Source: a virus
Taxonomy: Duplodnaviria > Caudoviricetes
DNA length: 64,000 bases
IMG/VR virus record: IMGVR_UViG_3300020577_011595
Location: 18,496 to 82,495 of that record
Strand: one strand, 5' to 3'
Made by a program: the position numbers and the translations under genes. The number at the start of each line of letters is the position of its first letter. Positions within the stretch are counted from its first letter, which is position 1. Shown one piece after another: positions 8,953-18,225 of the stretch. The notes below the pieces were generated by a model. The model was not told the origin of the DNA. It made no database searches and saw only the letters and a list, made by a program, of their open reading frames with translations.

Positions 8953-10362
8953 TCAGGTGAGGGTGATCGAAGCGGAGACGACGCGCGCGACCTGTGCGCG
9001 CAGGACGATCTGGTCGGCGGCGGGGGAGGAGCCCGTGAGGCTCGTCAAGCGGAAGTTGAACATGCCGGCCACACCCATCGCCCGCTCGATCAGCTCGGAG
9101 ACGATGACGTGCTCTCCGATGCCCAGGCCGTTGATGTAGTCCTGGATCGCGCTGCGGACGCCCTGGATGACGACGGCGGGGTCGTAGTCGTCGAGGACGC
9201 TGACCTGCGCGACGACGCTCTGATAGAGCGTCTGCGGGGCGAGGACCTGGATCTGGACGCCGTGTCCGCGCACGCCTGGAACGCGAGCATCGGTGGGGTC
9301 GCCCTCGATGACCCGCTGCGTCTCGGCGATCAGGCCCGTGTAGAAGCGATACTCCGCCCGCGCGGAGTCGGTCGCGCCGAGGCCCGTCGGCCAGCTCCCC
9401 ACGAGCAGCTCGATCTGACCCGTCGAGGGGTTCAGCTCGTAGTCGGTGCCACGCACCTGCGTCACGAAGCCAGAGCCCGAGTCGATCTCGAGGACGAAGC
9501 TCCCGTCATCGCGGATGGGGCGGTCGTTCGTGAAGAGGTCGACCTCGCCTCCCGTCGCCGAGACGACGAACGTGTCGGGGGCCCCGATGTAGGACGAGTC
9601 GTAGGTCTCGACCGCGCCCGTGCCGTCGTCGATGTAGAGCTGGAGCTGGCCCGACGGGATCACGGGCTCGAAGAGCTTGGCGAAGCGCACGCGCCGCCCG
9701 TCGCCGAGGATGACCGCGCGCGCGAAGCTCTCGACTGCCGCAGGCGTCGCGCGTGAGAGGCCGCGCACGAACGCCTTGATCCTCGCACGGAAGCTCGCAT
9801 CCGACTCCCGGTCGACCCCGGAGGTGACGTCGGCCGGGTTCGTGACTCCGGTGACTCCGGGGATGCGGGTCACGAGCGCGTTGATCTCTCCCGCGGCGAC
9901 GTTCGGGCGTGTGCCCGCGACCGTGGCGATCACGGGGATCGCCGCCGACGTCGTGTTGCCCGCGAGGATGGAGCCCGCCGCGGTCGTGCGGAACCGGATC
10001 TGCCCCTGCGCGTCGCTCGCCGCGAACTGCGAGCCCGCGGGGATCACGATGGCCCCCGTGGTGCCGGGGCGGCTGGCGACGATCGTCGACGTGGCGAAGA
10101 GCGCGGCCCGCCGGCTCACGAGCCCGGGGACGATCTCTTGCGCGCGCTCGTCGAGGTCACTGCCCTGCGCGTCGTCGATCGAGAAGAGCTTTCGCAGCCG
10201 GGCCATCTGGACGTACTGCTCCGCGTCCTCGTTCGCCGCGGCCGCGAGCACGTGGAACAGGGCGGAGTTGCGGAAGAGGCCCGCGAGCCGCGAGCGCGCG
10301 ACGGCGCGCGCCACCATCTCGCGGAGGATCTGCGTTCGGTTCCTGGGCTGAAAGAGGGGCAT
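8953..10362 (-). CDS. Baseplate J-like wedge protein (gpJ/gp6)
   Basis: Contains AVIATVAGTRPNVAAGEINALVT.IPGVTGVTNP...SGVDRESDASFRARIK and C-terminal YINGLGIGEHVIVSELI, both Baseplate_J hallmarks. Confidence 0.92.
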   Translation of the reverse strand: MPLFQPRNRTQILREMVARAVARSRLAGLFRNSALFHVLAAAANEDAEQYVQMARLRKLFSIDDAQGSDLDERAQEIVPGLVSRRAALFATSTIVASRPGTTGAIVIPAGSQFAASDAQGQIRFRTTAAGSILAGNTTSAAIPVIATVAGTRPNVAAGEINALVTRIPGVTGVTNPADVTSGVDRESDASFRARIKAFVRGLSRATPAAVESFARAVILGDGRRVRFAKLFEPVIPSGQLQLYIDDGTGAVETYDSSYIGAPDTFVVSATGGEVDLFTNDRPIRDDGSFVLEIDSGSGFVTQVRGTDYELNPSTGQIELLVGSWPTGLGATDSARAEYRFYTGLIAETQRVIEGDPTDARVPGVRGHGVQIQVLAPQTLYQSVVAQVSVLDDYDPAVVIQGVRSAIQDYINGLGIGEHVIVSELIERAMGVAGMFNFRLTSLTGSSPAADQIVLRAQVARVVSASITLT

Positions 10363-10365
10363 CTG

Positions 10366-12162
10366 TCACTCTCCGCTCGAAGCACGGCCGAAGGGGAGCA
10401 CCAGCGTGGCGCCCGGCCGCCGGCCGCGCACGACGGGCGTGACCTCCTGCGTCAGGACGTCCCCGTCCAGCACCACCCGGGACGACTCGATGCCCGTGAT
10501 CCGCGGGTCCGCGAGGATCCCCTCGCGGAGCACGATGGCGCTCAGCAGCACGTGCTGCGCTGTGCCCTTCACCCCGACGTTCCGGCGGATGCCGAGGTCG
10601 GGGATGAACTGCGTGGTGCCCAGCTCGGTGTTGATCGTGATCTCCGTGCCCTGCACGACGTTCGCGATGCCTCCCACCAGTTCGGCGTCGTAGCCCCCGC
10701 GGACCTCCTCGACCCGGAGGTCGAACAGCTCCCCGTGCTCGTGCGGCGTGAGCGCGAAGTCGACGCCGTAGAGGGCCTCCTCGGGCGTCAGGTAGTCCAC
10801 CGCGCCGCGACCCGCGCTACCGCTTCGTGGCGCCGCCGCGGGCACGAGGAGCCGGTCTCCCTCGCCCGCGAGGCCCGGGCCGCCGCCCGGGACGATGTAG
10901 GGCGCGAGGAGGTTGTTGATCAGGGCGACGGCCTCGGGAGTCGTGCCGTAGCGGCTGGCGATGCTGTCGAGCGTGTCGGTGCGCCGGACCTCGTGGATCT
11001 CGTAGCCCCGGCCCGAGGCGACATCGAGGCCCGCGAGCCGACCATCCGAGCCGAGCGCCGCGCGCGTCCGCGAGCCCACCGTTGCCCCGCCCGCGCCCGG
11101 GGCGGACCCGCCGCCCGAGGAGTCGACGTCCGAGGTTCGCACCCGGCGCTCGCCCTGGAACAGCTCGGCGATCTGCTCGGCGCCGACCTGCATGAAGCGG
11201 TCGTCGTAGAGGGCGATGCGGTCGATGGCCGCCTCGAGCCGTCGGATCGACCGCGCGTTCTCCGTGAGCACGCCGAAGTTGGAAGTCGCGACCGCGTCGA
11301 TGAGGTCGTCGCCCGCGCGCGTGAGCATGTCGGTCGTCGTCGCGACGAGCTGGAGGGGATAGTTGATCAGGCCCGCCGCCCCGCGCACGAAGTTGCCCAC
11401 GGCGTTCAGCACGCTCGCCGCCTGCACCATGACCGTCTGGATGTTCCCGACCTTGCGCTTGATCTCGCCGATGTTCGCCGTGACCTCCGCGAACGCGGCG
11501 CGCGCGTCGTTGAAGGCCTCGTTGATGTCGCGCACGGCGTTGTCGAACCCGTCGGTGGGCGCCGCGGTCCGGCGCAGGCCGCTCACGGTGGCTTCGGCCA
11601 CCGCAGTCATCGTGATCCGGTACTTGTAGTGGACCCTGCTCTGCGCATCGCGGGGCGTCTCGAACTGCCGCGGGACGACGACGAAGTGATCATCGTCGCG
11701 CAGCGCGTGGAAGATCAGCCGGATGTTGGGCGCCTTCGCGGGGTCCTTCTTGAGCGCGCTGTAGCGGCGGAACAGGTTGCGGAGCTTGTTGAAGTGCTCC
11801 GTCCCCGTCATCGCCTGGCCGGCGCCCTGGGCGCCCTGGAACCCGCGGGCCGTCTTGGGGGAGAGGCCGAAGGTCCCCTCGAGCCGGATCTCGCGCGTGA
11901 TGATGCCGGTCTCCTCGGCCACGACCTCGTCACCCTGCCCGGGGGTGAGATCGGCCTGGAACGGCTCGCCGAGGGTGTAGCTCGTCGGGTTCAGGACGAG
12001 GACGTGGACCTCGATCGGCGTGTTGGGCGAGGTGATGTCCAGCAGCTCGAACACGTAGCCCTGGCGGTAGCCCTCCCGCAGCTCCGAGATCGACGCCTCC
12101 GACCCGTCCGGGCCCCGGAGGGTGAATCGCTGCGCGTCGGGGCTGGCCGTCGGGGTGACCAT
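10366..12162 (-). CDS. Fused tube-initiator / LysM / gp25-like baseplate protein
   Basis: N-terminal EIRLEGTFG...FETPRDAQSRVHYKYRITMT (initiator-like), LysM HEVRRTDTLDSIASRYG, and C-terminal TELGTTQFIPDLGI...ILADPRITGIES (gp25/gpW-like). Confidence 0.75.
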   Translation of the reverse strand: MVTPTASPDAQRFTLRGPDGSEASISELREGYRQGYVFELLDITSPNTPIEVHVLVLNPTSYTLGEPFQADLTPGQGDEVVAEETGIITREIRLEGTFGLSPKTARGFQGAQGAGQAMTGTEHFNKLRNLFRRYSALKKDPAKAPNIRLIFHALRDDDHFVVVPRQFETPRDAQSRVHYKYRITMTAVAEATVSGLRRTAAPTDGFDNAVRDINEAFNDARAAFAEVTANIGEIKRKVGNIQTVMVQAASVLNAVGNFVRGAAGLINYPLQLVATTTDMLTRAGDDLIDAVATSNFGVLTENARSIRRLEAAIDRIALYDDRFMQVGAEQIAELFQGERRVRTSDVDSSGGGSAPGAGGATVGSRTRAALGSDGRLAGLDVASGRGYEIHEVRRTDTLDSIASRYGTTPEAVALINNLLAPYIVPGGGPGLAGEGDRLLVPAAAPRSGSAGRGAVDYLTPEEALYGVDFALTPHEHGELFDLRVEEVRGGYDAELVGGIANVVQGTEITINTELGTTQFIPDLGIRRNVGVKGTAQHVLLSAIVLREGILADPRITGIESSRVVLDGDVLTQEVTPVVRGRRPGATLVLPFGRASSGE

Positions 12163-12174
12163 GGGGTGAGCCTG

Positions 12175-13179
12175 TCAGCTCCGCTTGGTCTTGGCGAGAT
12201 CCGAGAGGAGCGTCTCGGCCATCGACGGCATGGTGGTCACGGGGGCGCCCGAGACGCCCGTGACATTGACGGTCGAGGGCCCGGGGAGCGTGACCAGGAA
12301 GGTGCCGGGGAGGTGGGTGTGCGCGTCGACGTAGGCCTTGACCTGGTCGTTCACGTAGCTGCGGAACGAGTCGCCGAGCACGAGCCGCTCGGTCGCGCCC
12401 TCGCCGAGGTCGATGCGGAGCTGCCCGCCGTCCTTCCACACCTCGAGCACGTCGTCGTCGTCGCCGAGCGCGACCGTGAACCGCTGCCCCTCCTTCACCC
12501 GGATGCGGACCTGGCCGTAGCCCGTGTCGGAGGCGTCCTCGGTCGCGCCGTCCTCGTAGGCGCCCACCGTGTCGATCAGGACGTCGCCCTGTTCGTTCAC
12601 TCGCAGCTCCGCGCCCTGGTGGTGGACGTAGAACTCCCCGCGACGCGGGTGTCCTCGGGTGCCCGCGTCGCCCTCTCGCCACCCGTCCCCCGTCTCGACG
12701 AGGCGGTTCGTCTGCTCGTGGGTGAGCGCGCCCACGATGAGCGGGTAGTCGATGCGACCCTCGATGAAGTCGAGGAGGACCTGGTCGCCGTCGACGTTCC
12801 CGAGCGGGGTGATCTCCCCGACGGGCGTCCCGCGCCGGCTATGCGTGCGCGAGAGGTTCAGCGGGTGCCCCTCCTCGACGACGTCCCTCGTGGTGCCCTT
12901 CGGGATCCAGAGCCCGTGCGCGTTGTTCACGCCGTGCGCGCGTTGAAGCACCTGTGCGCCGCGGATCACGATGCCGCTTCGGACGAGAAGCACGTCGCAT
13001 TCGACGCTCAGGCCGCGGATGTTGTCCTCGTCGCCGACGACGCGTGCCTCGAGAACGACCGCGCGGAAGGGCCTGTCCCTCGGGTCGAACCGCGGCACGT
13101 CGGCGCGCGGGCGCGCGTCGATCCCGCTCTGAATCACCGCCCCCGACTGCGTCTTCCGCGGCTCGTTCCGTGCGACCAT
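12175..13179 (-). CDS. Baseplate central spike (gp5/gpV-like)
   Basis: Start reset to ATG 13179. OB-fold motif GDQVLLDFIEGRIDYPLIVGAL and C-terminal AHTH metal-binding tip motif. Confidence 0.85.
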   Translation of the reverse strand: MVARNEPRKTQSGAVIQSGIDARPRADVPRFDPRDRPFRAVVLEARVVGDEDNIRGLSVECDVLLVRSGIVIRGAQVLQRAHGVNNAHGLWIPKGTTRDVVEEGHPLNLSRTHSRRGTPVGEITPLGNVDGDQVLLDFIEGRIDYPLIVGALTHEQTNRLVETGDGWREGDAGTRGHPRRGEFYVHHQGAELRVNEQGDVLIDTVGAYEDGATEDASDTGYGQVRIRVKEGQRFTVALGDDDDVLEVWKDGGQLRIDLGEGATERLVLGDSFRSYVNDQVKAYVDAHTHLPGTFLVTLPGPSTVNVTGVSGAPVTTMPSMAETLLSDLAKTKRS

Positions 13180-13180
13180 C

Positions 13181-15091
13181 TCACACCCCTGCGTTCTCGA
13201 GCCCTTCGATCGGGTCGATGTAGCCCGAGTCGTCGCCGATCGGGTCGCCGCGTTCCAGCGCGGTCCCGGTGAAGGAGTCCTCCGCTGCCGGCGGCGCGTT
13301 GCCACCCTCGTCGGTGTTGGGGACGACCAGCGGGTCGGTCATGCCACCTTCCTCGACCGCCGGGGAGTCGGGTGCGCGGTCGTCCGTGGTGCCGTCCCGC
13401 TCGGCTTCCAGCGTGCGCTGCTCGGGCGCGATGGTGAAGTCGTCCCCCTCGACTGCGACCACGTCCGCGCTCGTCGTGTAGCCCTCGACCTGCCCCGAGG
13501 GGAGGTTGAGATCGCAGTCCGCCGCGAGCTGGTCGAGGAACTCGTCGAGGTCGTCCTGTGGGGGCACGCCGCACCGCTCGCGCTCGCTCAGCCCGGGGCG
13601 GCTATAGGTCTCGTAGGCCGTGTCGAGAAGGTCCTCCCCCTCGAACTCCCCGCGCGTCAGGGTGAGCACCGTCGAGCCGCCGTGAGGGTAGGAGTAGCTG
13701 TCCGAGACGCCCTCGACGTAGTAGGTGACGACCTCGCCGTTCGCGCGCTCCTCGCGCACGCGCTCGCCGATGTGGATCTCGGGGAACATCCGCGTCGTCT
13801 CGATAGTGCCGCTCAGCTCCATCGGCGCCGTGACGTACCAGTCGTGCATCTTCTTGTTCCAGGCCGCGAGCAGGCGGAACCACTGGTCGAGGTCCGCCTG
13901 CGGCGTGTCCCGTCGAGCCGTGTAGACGGGGATGAAACGGGTGCTCTGCGTGAAGCGCCGAACGCCGTACCGCTGGATCGACTCGGTGCTGTAGATCGGG
14001 ATGTTGCCCGGCTGCCCGTAGGGCACGCCGCTCACGCCGCGCTGAAGGATCTCCGCGACGTTGAAGCCCTCGGTGCCGATGCCCTCGACCTGGATCAGCC
14101 AGTAGTTGAAGCGGTGAGCCGCGCCGCCCCGCGTCACCTGCCGCTTCCGCACGTCGCCGGGGCGTAGGACATGCGTGCGCAGCCCCTCCCACCGCGCACG
14201 CGCCGTCGTCCTGCCGTCCTCCGAGCGCGTCGGGAACGGGCGCTCGCGGAGGTAGACCTTCGGCACGAGGCTCGCGAGATCCCTGTCCCCAGCCCCCGCG
14301 GGGCGCCCGAGATCCACGAACAGCTCGTTCATGCAGGGGTTGCTCCACTCCTGCATCGCGTCCCAGAGCTTCCCAGCGTTCGACACGTAGTCGAGCTGCA
14401 CCAGCGATGTCGCGATGGCGACGCCCTGCTCGCGCTCCTGCATGGGCTCGATGCCTCGCACGCGGCCCGCGTCGAGCAGCAGGTCGTAGAACGAGCCGCG
14501 CCCGAGGCCGGGCGGGAGCATCCACTGCGACTCCGCCGTCCCCGAGTTGCCGACCCACTCCTCGAGCAGCACGCGCATGAAGTGCGCGGGGGTTCCTCGC
14601 AGCCGCTCCAACATGGAGCTGGTGAGGGCGCCCATCGATCGGAGCGCCTGCTGCGAGACGTGGAAGAGGTTGACCCACAGCTCGGTGCTCTCCAACACCT
14701 TCCCGAAGTCGCGACCGCGGATCGTGTAGGTCTCCTGCCGCACGCCCATGCCCGCGCGCGCGTCGTCGCCGCTCACGCCGTCGATGATCCCGAACACGCG
14801 GTCGATGATCTGCCCGTCGACCTGGACCTTGATCCGCACCCACACGCCCTCGGGGTCTCGCCAGATCCGCTCCGCGCTCCGGTGCATGGAGTGCGGGCGC
14901 TTGAAGGTCAGCGTCCACGAGCCGGACGCAGGGCCGAAGTGCTTGTCGTAGGAGAAGGCGACGACGTGCCCGAAGCGCGCGTCGAACTCGGTCGGATCGT
15001 CGATCGAGAGCCCGTTGTCCTCGTGCGTGTAGAACGCGAAGAGGATCCGCGTGTGCGTGCTCGAGGTGTAGGTGTTCCGCGTCTCGTGCAT
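13181..15091 (-). CDS. Baseplate hub protein (gp27/Mu gp44-like)
   Basis: Sits between tape measure and spike. Motifs FSYDK...SGSWTLTF and LWDAMQEWSNPCMNELFVD, and closing GTIETTRMFPEIHIGERV...YYVEGVSDSY...TVLTLTRG. Confidence 0.8.
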   Translation of the reverse strand: MHETRNTYTSSTHTRILFAFYTHEDNGLSIDDPTEFDARFGHVVAFSYDKHFGPASGSWTLTFKRPHSMHRSAERIWRDPEGVWVRIKVQVDGQIIDRVFGIIDGVSGDDARAGMGVRQETYTIRGRDFGKVLESTELWVNLFHVSQQALRSMGALTSSMLERLRGTPAHFMRVLLEEWVGNSGTAESQWMLPPGLGRGSFYDLLLDAGRVRGIEPMQEREQGVAIATSLVQLDYVSNAGKLWDAMQEWSNPCMNELFVDLGRPAGAGDRDLASLVPKVYLRERPFPTRSEDGRTTARARWEGLRTHVLRPGDVRKRQVTRGGAAHRFNYWLIQVEGIGTEGFNVAEILQRGVSGVPYGQPGNIPIYSTESIQRYGVRRFTQSTRFIPVYTARRDTPQADLDQWFRLLAAWNKKMHDWYVTAPMELSGTIETTRMFPEIHIGERVREERANGEVVTYYVEGVSDSYSYPHGGSTVLTLTRGEFEGEDLLDTAYETYSRPGLSERERCGVPPQDDLDEFLDQLAADCDLNLPSGQVEGYTTSADVVAVEGDDFTIAPEQRTLEAERDGTTDDRAPDSPAVEEGGMTDPLVVPNTDEGGNAPPAAEDSFTGTALERGDPIGDDSGYIDPIEGLENAGV

Positions 15092-16938
15092 CAGCCCACC
15101 ATGACCTCGCCGTCGGGGACGTTGCCCGAGCGATCGATCGCGTCGGCTGCGATGCCCGCGTCACGGGAGATCCTGCGCAACGCGTCGGCCGCAGAGGCGC
15201 GAGGCGAGGCACCAGGCCGCATACCCCGATCTTCCACCGGCAGGCTCTCCCGGGGCACGCTGGGCGCTCCTTCGGTGGCTTCATCGACGATCCGACGTAT
15301 CTCGCGACCGAACTCTCCGAGCACCTCGCCGGGGTTGGTGATCAGGTCGATCGGCGTCGGGCCACCGGACGACGCGCTGTAGGCCACACGCATCTGCTCA
15401 AGGATGACCGCGAAGGACCGCTGGAGCAGCGACAGGATCTCGCTGATTCCGCCTGCGATGGCAGGCAGCGTGGACGACACGAGGTTGGCTTCCATCCCGC
15501 GGATCTGGAGCGCGGTCCCCGCGACATCCCCGCCGATGCCGGCGCGCCGGTTCGCGTAGGCCGCCTCCGCGCCTGCGACCCCGAACCCGCCCATGAGCCC
15601 CTCCCGGCGCTGCCGAAGGAAGTCGAGCGAGGCCTGCGTGTCGACCTCGGACGAGAACGCGCTCGCGTCCCCGCTGAACGCTGCGCGGGCCTGGTCGATG
15701 GTGGGGGTGAACCCGAGGAATCGCGGCATGATCTGCCGCATCAGCTCGACGCCCGCGCCCTGGTCACCCCCCGACATCGACCGGATCTGCTGTAGGAGCT
15801 GGGGCATCACCTGCTCCGGGTTCTCCTGAAACATCCGCAGGGCGTCGTGGTAGCTCGGGCCCCCAGGGGTGCCGAAGCCCACCGCCGCGAGCCCCACCGC
15901 CGACGCCACGTCCATGCCGGGGGAGAAGGCCCGCATCGTGCTCGCCGCCGACGTGGTGGCGCGCGTCGCCCGCTCGCCGGACCACGCGCTGCCCAGCGCG
16001 GAGAAGCCCTGCATCATCCGCCCGAGCGATTCGTCCGAGAGGCTCGTGCCCTCGGTGCGGGCCTGCTCAAGGGCGCTCGCCATGGTCGAGAGGTACTGCC
16101 CGAGCCGGGCGTCGCGGATGCCTGCCACGAGGCCCGCGCTCACGGCCTGGAGCATCACGCGCCCGGCGCTCGAGCCTCCCCTCGTACCCGTGTTGGCGGC
16201 GCCCACGATGGCCGTGGGGTCCTGAATGCCGCCGAGGTGCTCGAGGGAGAGCGCCGTGCGGGCGCCCAGCTCGTCCAGCGCCCCGCCTCCCGACTGCGCA
16301 TAGCCCGCGGCCGCGCTGAAGGCCCTGCCACGGTCGAGACCGAACCGCGTGTAGTCCGCCCCCGCCCCTGCCAGGTCCCGCGAGCCCAGGGCCCCCAGGG
16401 AGCCGGCAATCTGCTGTTGCTGCGCCGCGAACTCCGCGTAGTACCGCTGGACGGCGTCGACGCCGGCCTGGAGGAAGCCGCCGACGATCGGGATGGTCGA
16501 GAAGGCCTGCCCGATGATCCCGTCACCACCTCCGCCCATGCGCGAGAAGAGGCCGCCAGCAGCCGCGCCCGCGTAGGACGAGGCCGCCATCGGTCCCGCG
16601 CCGCTCGGGCCCACACCGCGGCGCCTGGAGTCCTGGGCCAGCCGCCCGATGTTCGCCGAGAGGCCGGAGAGCGCGGTGAGGACATCCGCGTTCGAGCCGC
16701 GCCCGCCCCCGACGCCGCCACCGCTCGGCGGCGCCCCTCCGCGGCGGTCGGCCGCCTGCCCGAAGCGGTCCGTCGCAGAGGAGAGGGCCCCGATGTTCCG
16801 CGCGATGCGGTCGAGGCCCTTCTCGAAAGACGTGAGGGTGTCCTCGCTGAACGCGCGCTGGACCGACTGCTCGAGGCCCCGGATCTGGCGATCCTCTACG
16901 CGGTATTCGAGGACTGTCCGGTGTCTCTGCTCGGTCAT
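15091..16938 (-). CDS. Tape measure protein
   Basis: 615 aa, Ala/Gly/Gln-rich and helical. Follows the tail chaperone genes and precedes the hub. Confidence 0.75.
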   Translation of the reverse strand: MTEQRHRTVLEYRVEDRQIRGLEQSVQRAFSEDTLTSFEKGLDRIARNIGALSSATDRFGQAADRRGGAPPSGGGVGGGRGSNADVLTALSGLSANIGRLAQDSRRRGVGPSGAGPMAASSYAGAAAGGLFSRMGGGGDGIIGQAFSTIPIVGGFLQAGVDAVQRYYAEFAAQQQQIAGSLGALGSRDLAGAGADYTRFGLDRGRAFSAAAGYAQSGGGALDELGARTALSLEHLGGIQDPTAIVGAANTGTRGGSSAGRVMLQAVSAGLVAGIRDARLGQYLSTMASALEQARTEGTSLSDESLGRMMQGFSALGSAWSGERATRATTSAASTMRAFSPGMDVASAVGLAAVGFGTPGGPSYHDALRMFQENPEQVMPQLLQQIRSMSGGDQGAGVELMRQIMPRFLGFTPTIDQARAAFSGDASAFSSEVDTQASLDFLRQRREGLMGGFGVAGAEAAYANRRAGIGGDVAGTALQIRGMEANLVSSTLPAIAGGISEILSLLQRSFAVILEQMRVAYSASSGGPTPIDLITNPGEVLGEFGREIRRIVDEATEGAPSVPRESLPVEDRGMRPGASPRASAADALRRISRDAGIAADAIDRSGNVPDGEVMVG

Positions 16939-16945
16939 GGCGCGC

Positions 16946-17311
16946 TCAGCGTACGATCCTCAAGGGCTCCTTGCTCGGATCCGTCTCGGCCAGCTCGATC
17001 GCGTCCCACTCCGGGTCCCCGGTGAGGTGCGGCGTGTCCGCGAGCTGCTGGCTCTTGGTGTCGGTCAGGACCGAGCTGCGGACCGGGAGGCGCGCGCGCA
17101 GCTCGGGGGGCAGACGGGACCGCCAGGCGTCCTCAGACTTCGCGCTGCGGATGGCCTCGACGGCCGCGATCCCCCGGACATGCTCAAGGGCCTCCTTCGG
17201 GGTCACCCGCAAGAGTCTCTCGTCGTTGGGAGGGAGCTGGAACCTTTCGGCCCACAGCAGGCGGATCGTCTCCGACGGGTTGGCCGTCCCCGACTCGATC
17301 GCGTCCCGCAT
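16946..17311 (-). CDS. Tail assembly chaperone second frame (G-T-type extension)
   Basis: Contains LLWAERFQLPPNDERL (W...f.lpP.D.R motif of chaperone extensions). Overlaps 17184..17729 in the +1 frame, and the frame stays open upstream to the TTT-C site. Confidence 0.7.
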   Translation of the reverse strand: MRDAIESGTANPSETIRLLWAERFQLPPNDERLLRVTPKEALEHVRGIAAVEAIRSAKSEDAWRSRLPPELRARLPVRSSVLTDTKSQQLADTPHLTGDPEWDAIELAETDPSKEPLRIVR

Positions 17312-17729
17312 CTCCTCGATCGACCGGGCGCTCGCCGTGAAAGGCCGCCTCGTAGTCGAGGCACCTCCGGTAGAGGGTGAAGTAGGGCTCCGCCGAGTAG
17401 GCCTTCTCCGGCACGAACCAGGAGGGCTTGGGGGTCGAGTCGCCGAAGCGCAGCGTGACCTGGAGGTAGGCCAGGCAGTCCACCAGCGCCATGCCCGTCG
17501 GGTCGGCGATGGCGCCCTGCGGCAGCAGCAGCGCCTTCACGCGCGCGATCTGCATCTGGTCGCCGAGCGTGGGGACGCAGAACTCGAAGCGCCCGGCGTG
17601 GCGCTTCCCCCTGCGGTCGACCACGTCGATCTCGATGATCGTCGTGGCCGGGAGATCCTTCTTGGGCTCGTCGGCGACAGGCATCCCTGCCGCCATCCGA
17701 GCCGCCTCGTCGAGGCTCATGCGCGTCAT
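17184..17729 (-). CDS. Tail assembly chaperone
   Basis: Directly after the tube gene. Motif GRFEFCVPTLGDQMQIAR...AYLQVTL...PSWF...LYRRCLDYEAAF. Confidence 0.75.
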   Translation of the reverse strand: MTRMSLDEAARMAAGMPVADEPKKDLPATTIIEIDVVDRRGKRHAGRFEFCVPTLGDQMQIARVKALLLPQGAIADPTGMALVDCLAYLQVTLRFGDSTPKPSWFVPEKAYSAEPYFTLYRRCLDYEAAFHGERPVDRGDAGRDRVGDGQPVGDDPPAVGRKVPAPSQRRETLAGDPEGGP

Positions 17730-17773
17730 CGTCCTCTACCCTTCCTGCGCCCGAGGGAGCCGGGCGCGACGTC

Positions 17774-18208
17774 TCAGCCCAGCTCGCTCTCGTCGCGGAT
17801 GCGGATCGCGGCGAACTCCACGTCCGTGAGGACGATGGCCCGCGCGCCGATGCGCACGTTGTAGCGGGTCGCCTTCACGCGCTGGATGTTCGCCAGGACC
17901 GTGCCCGTCGTGGGGTCCTCGATGGTGGCGGTCATCTCGCCGCGCCGGAGGATCTGCTCGAGGGTCGGGAAGACGATGATCCCGTCCCGGTTCTTGAGCG
18001 GCTGCGTGATCACGCGCACGAGCTGCGACGAGAAGTTGACCCGGTAGGCCAGCTCCACGTGCTCGGCGACGTCGAACTGGTCGAGCGGCTCGATCGGCTC
18101 GACGGGGATCTCCTCCCCGAACGAGCACTCCATCGCCAGCGCGATCTTCGTGCCGTTGAGGGAGAGGCGCGTGCGCGCGCCGCTCTGAATCAGTCCGCGG
18201 TACTCCAT
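17774..18208 (-). CDS. Tail tube protein
   Basis: 144 aa immediately after the sheath. All-beta pattern (ECSFGEEIPVEPIEPLDQFDVAEHVELAY). Confidence 0.85.
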   Translation of the reverse strand: MEYRGLIQSGARTRLSLNGTKIALAMECSFGEEIPVEPIEPLDQFDVAEHVELAYRVNFSSQLVRVITQPLKNRDGIIVFPTLEQILRRGEMTATIEDPTTGTVLANIQRVKATRYNVRIGARAIVLTDVEFAAIRIRDESELG

Positions 18209-18225
18209 GGCCTTCTCCTCTCAGC

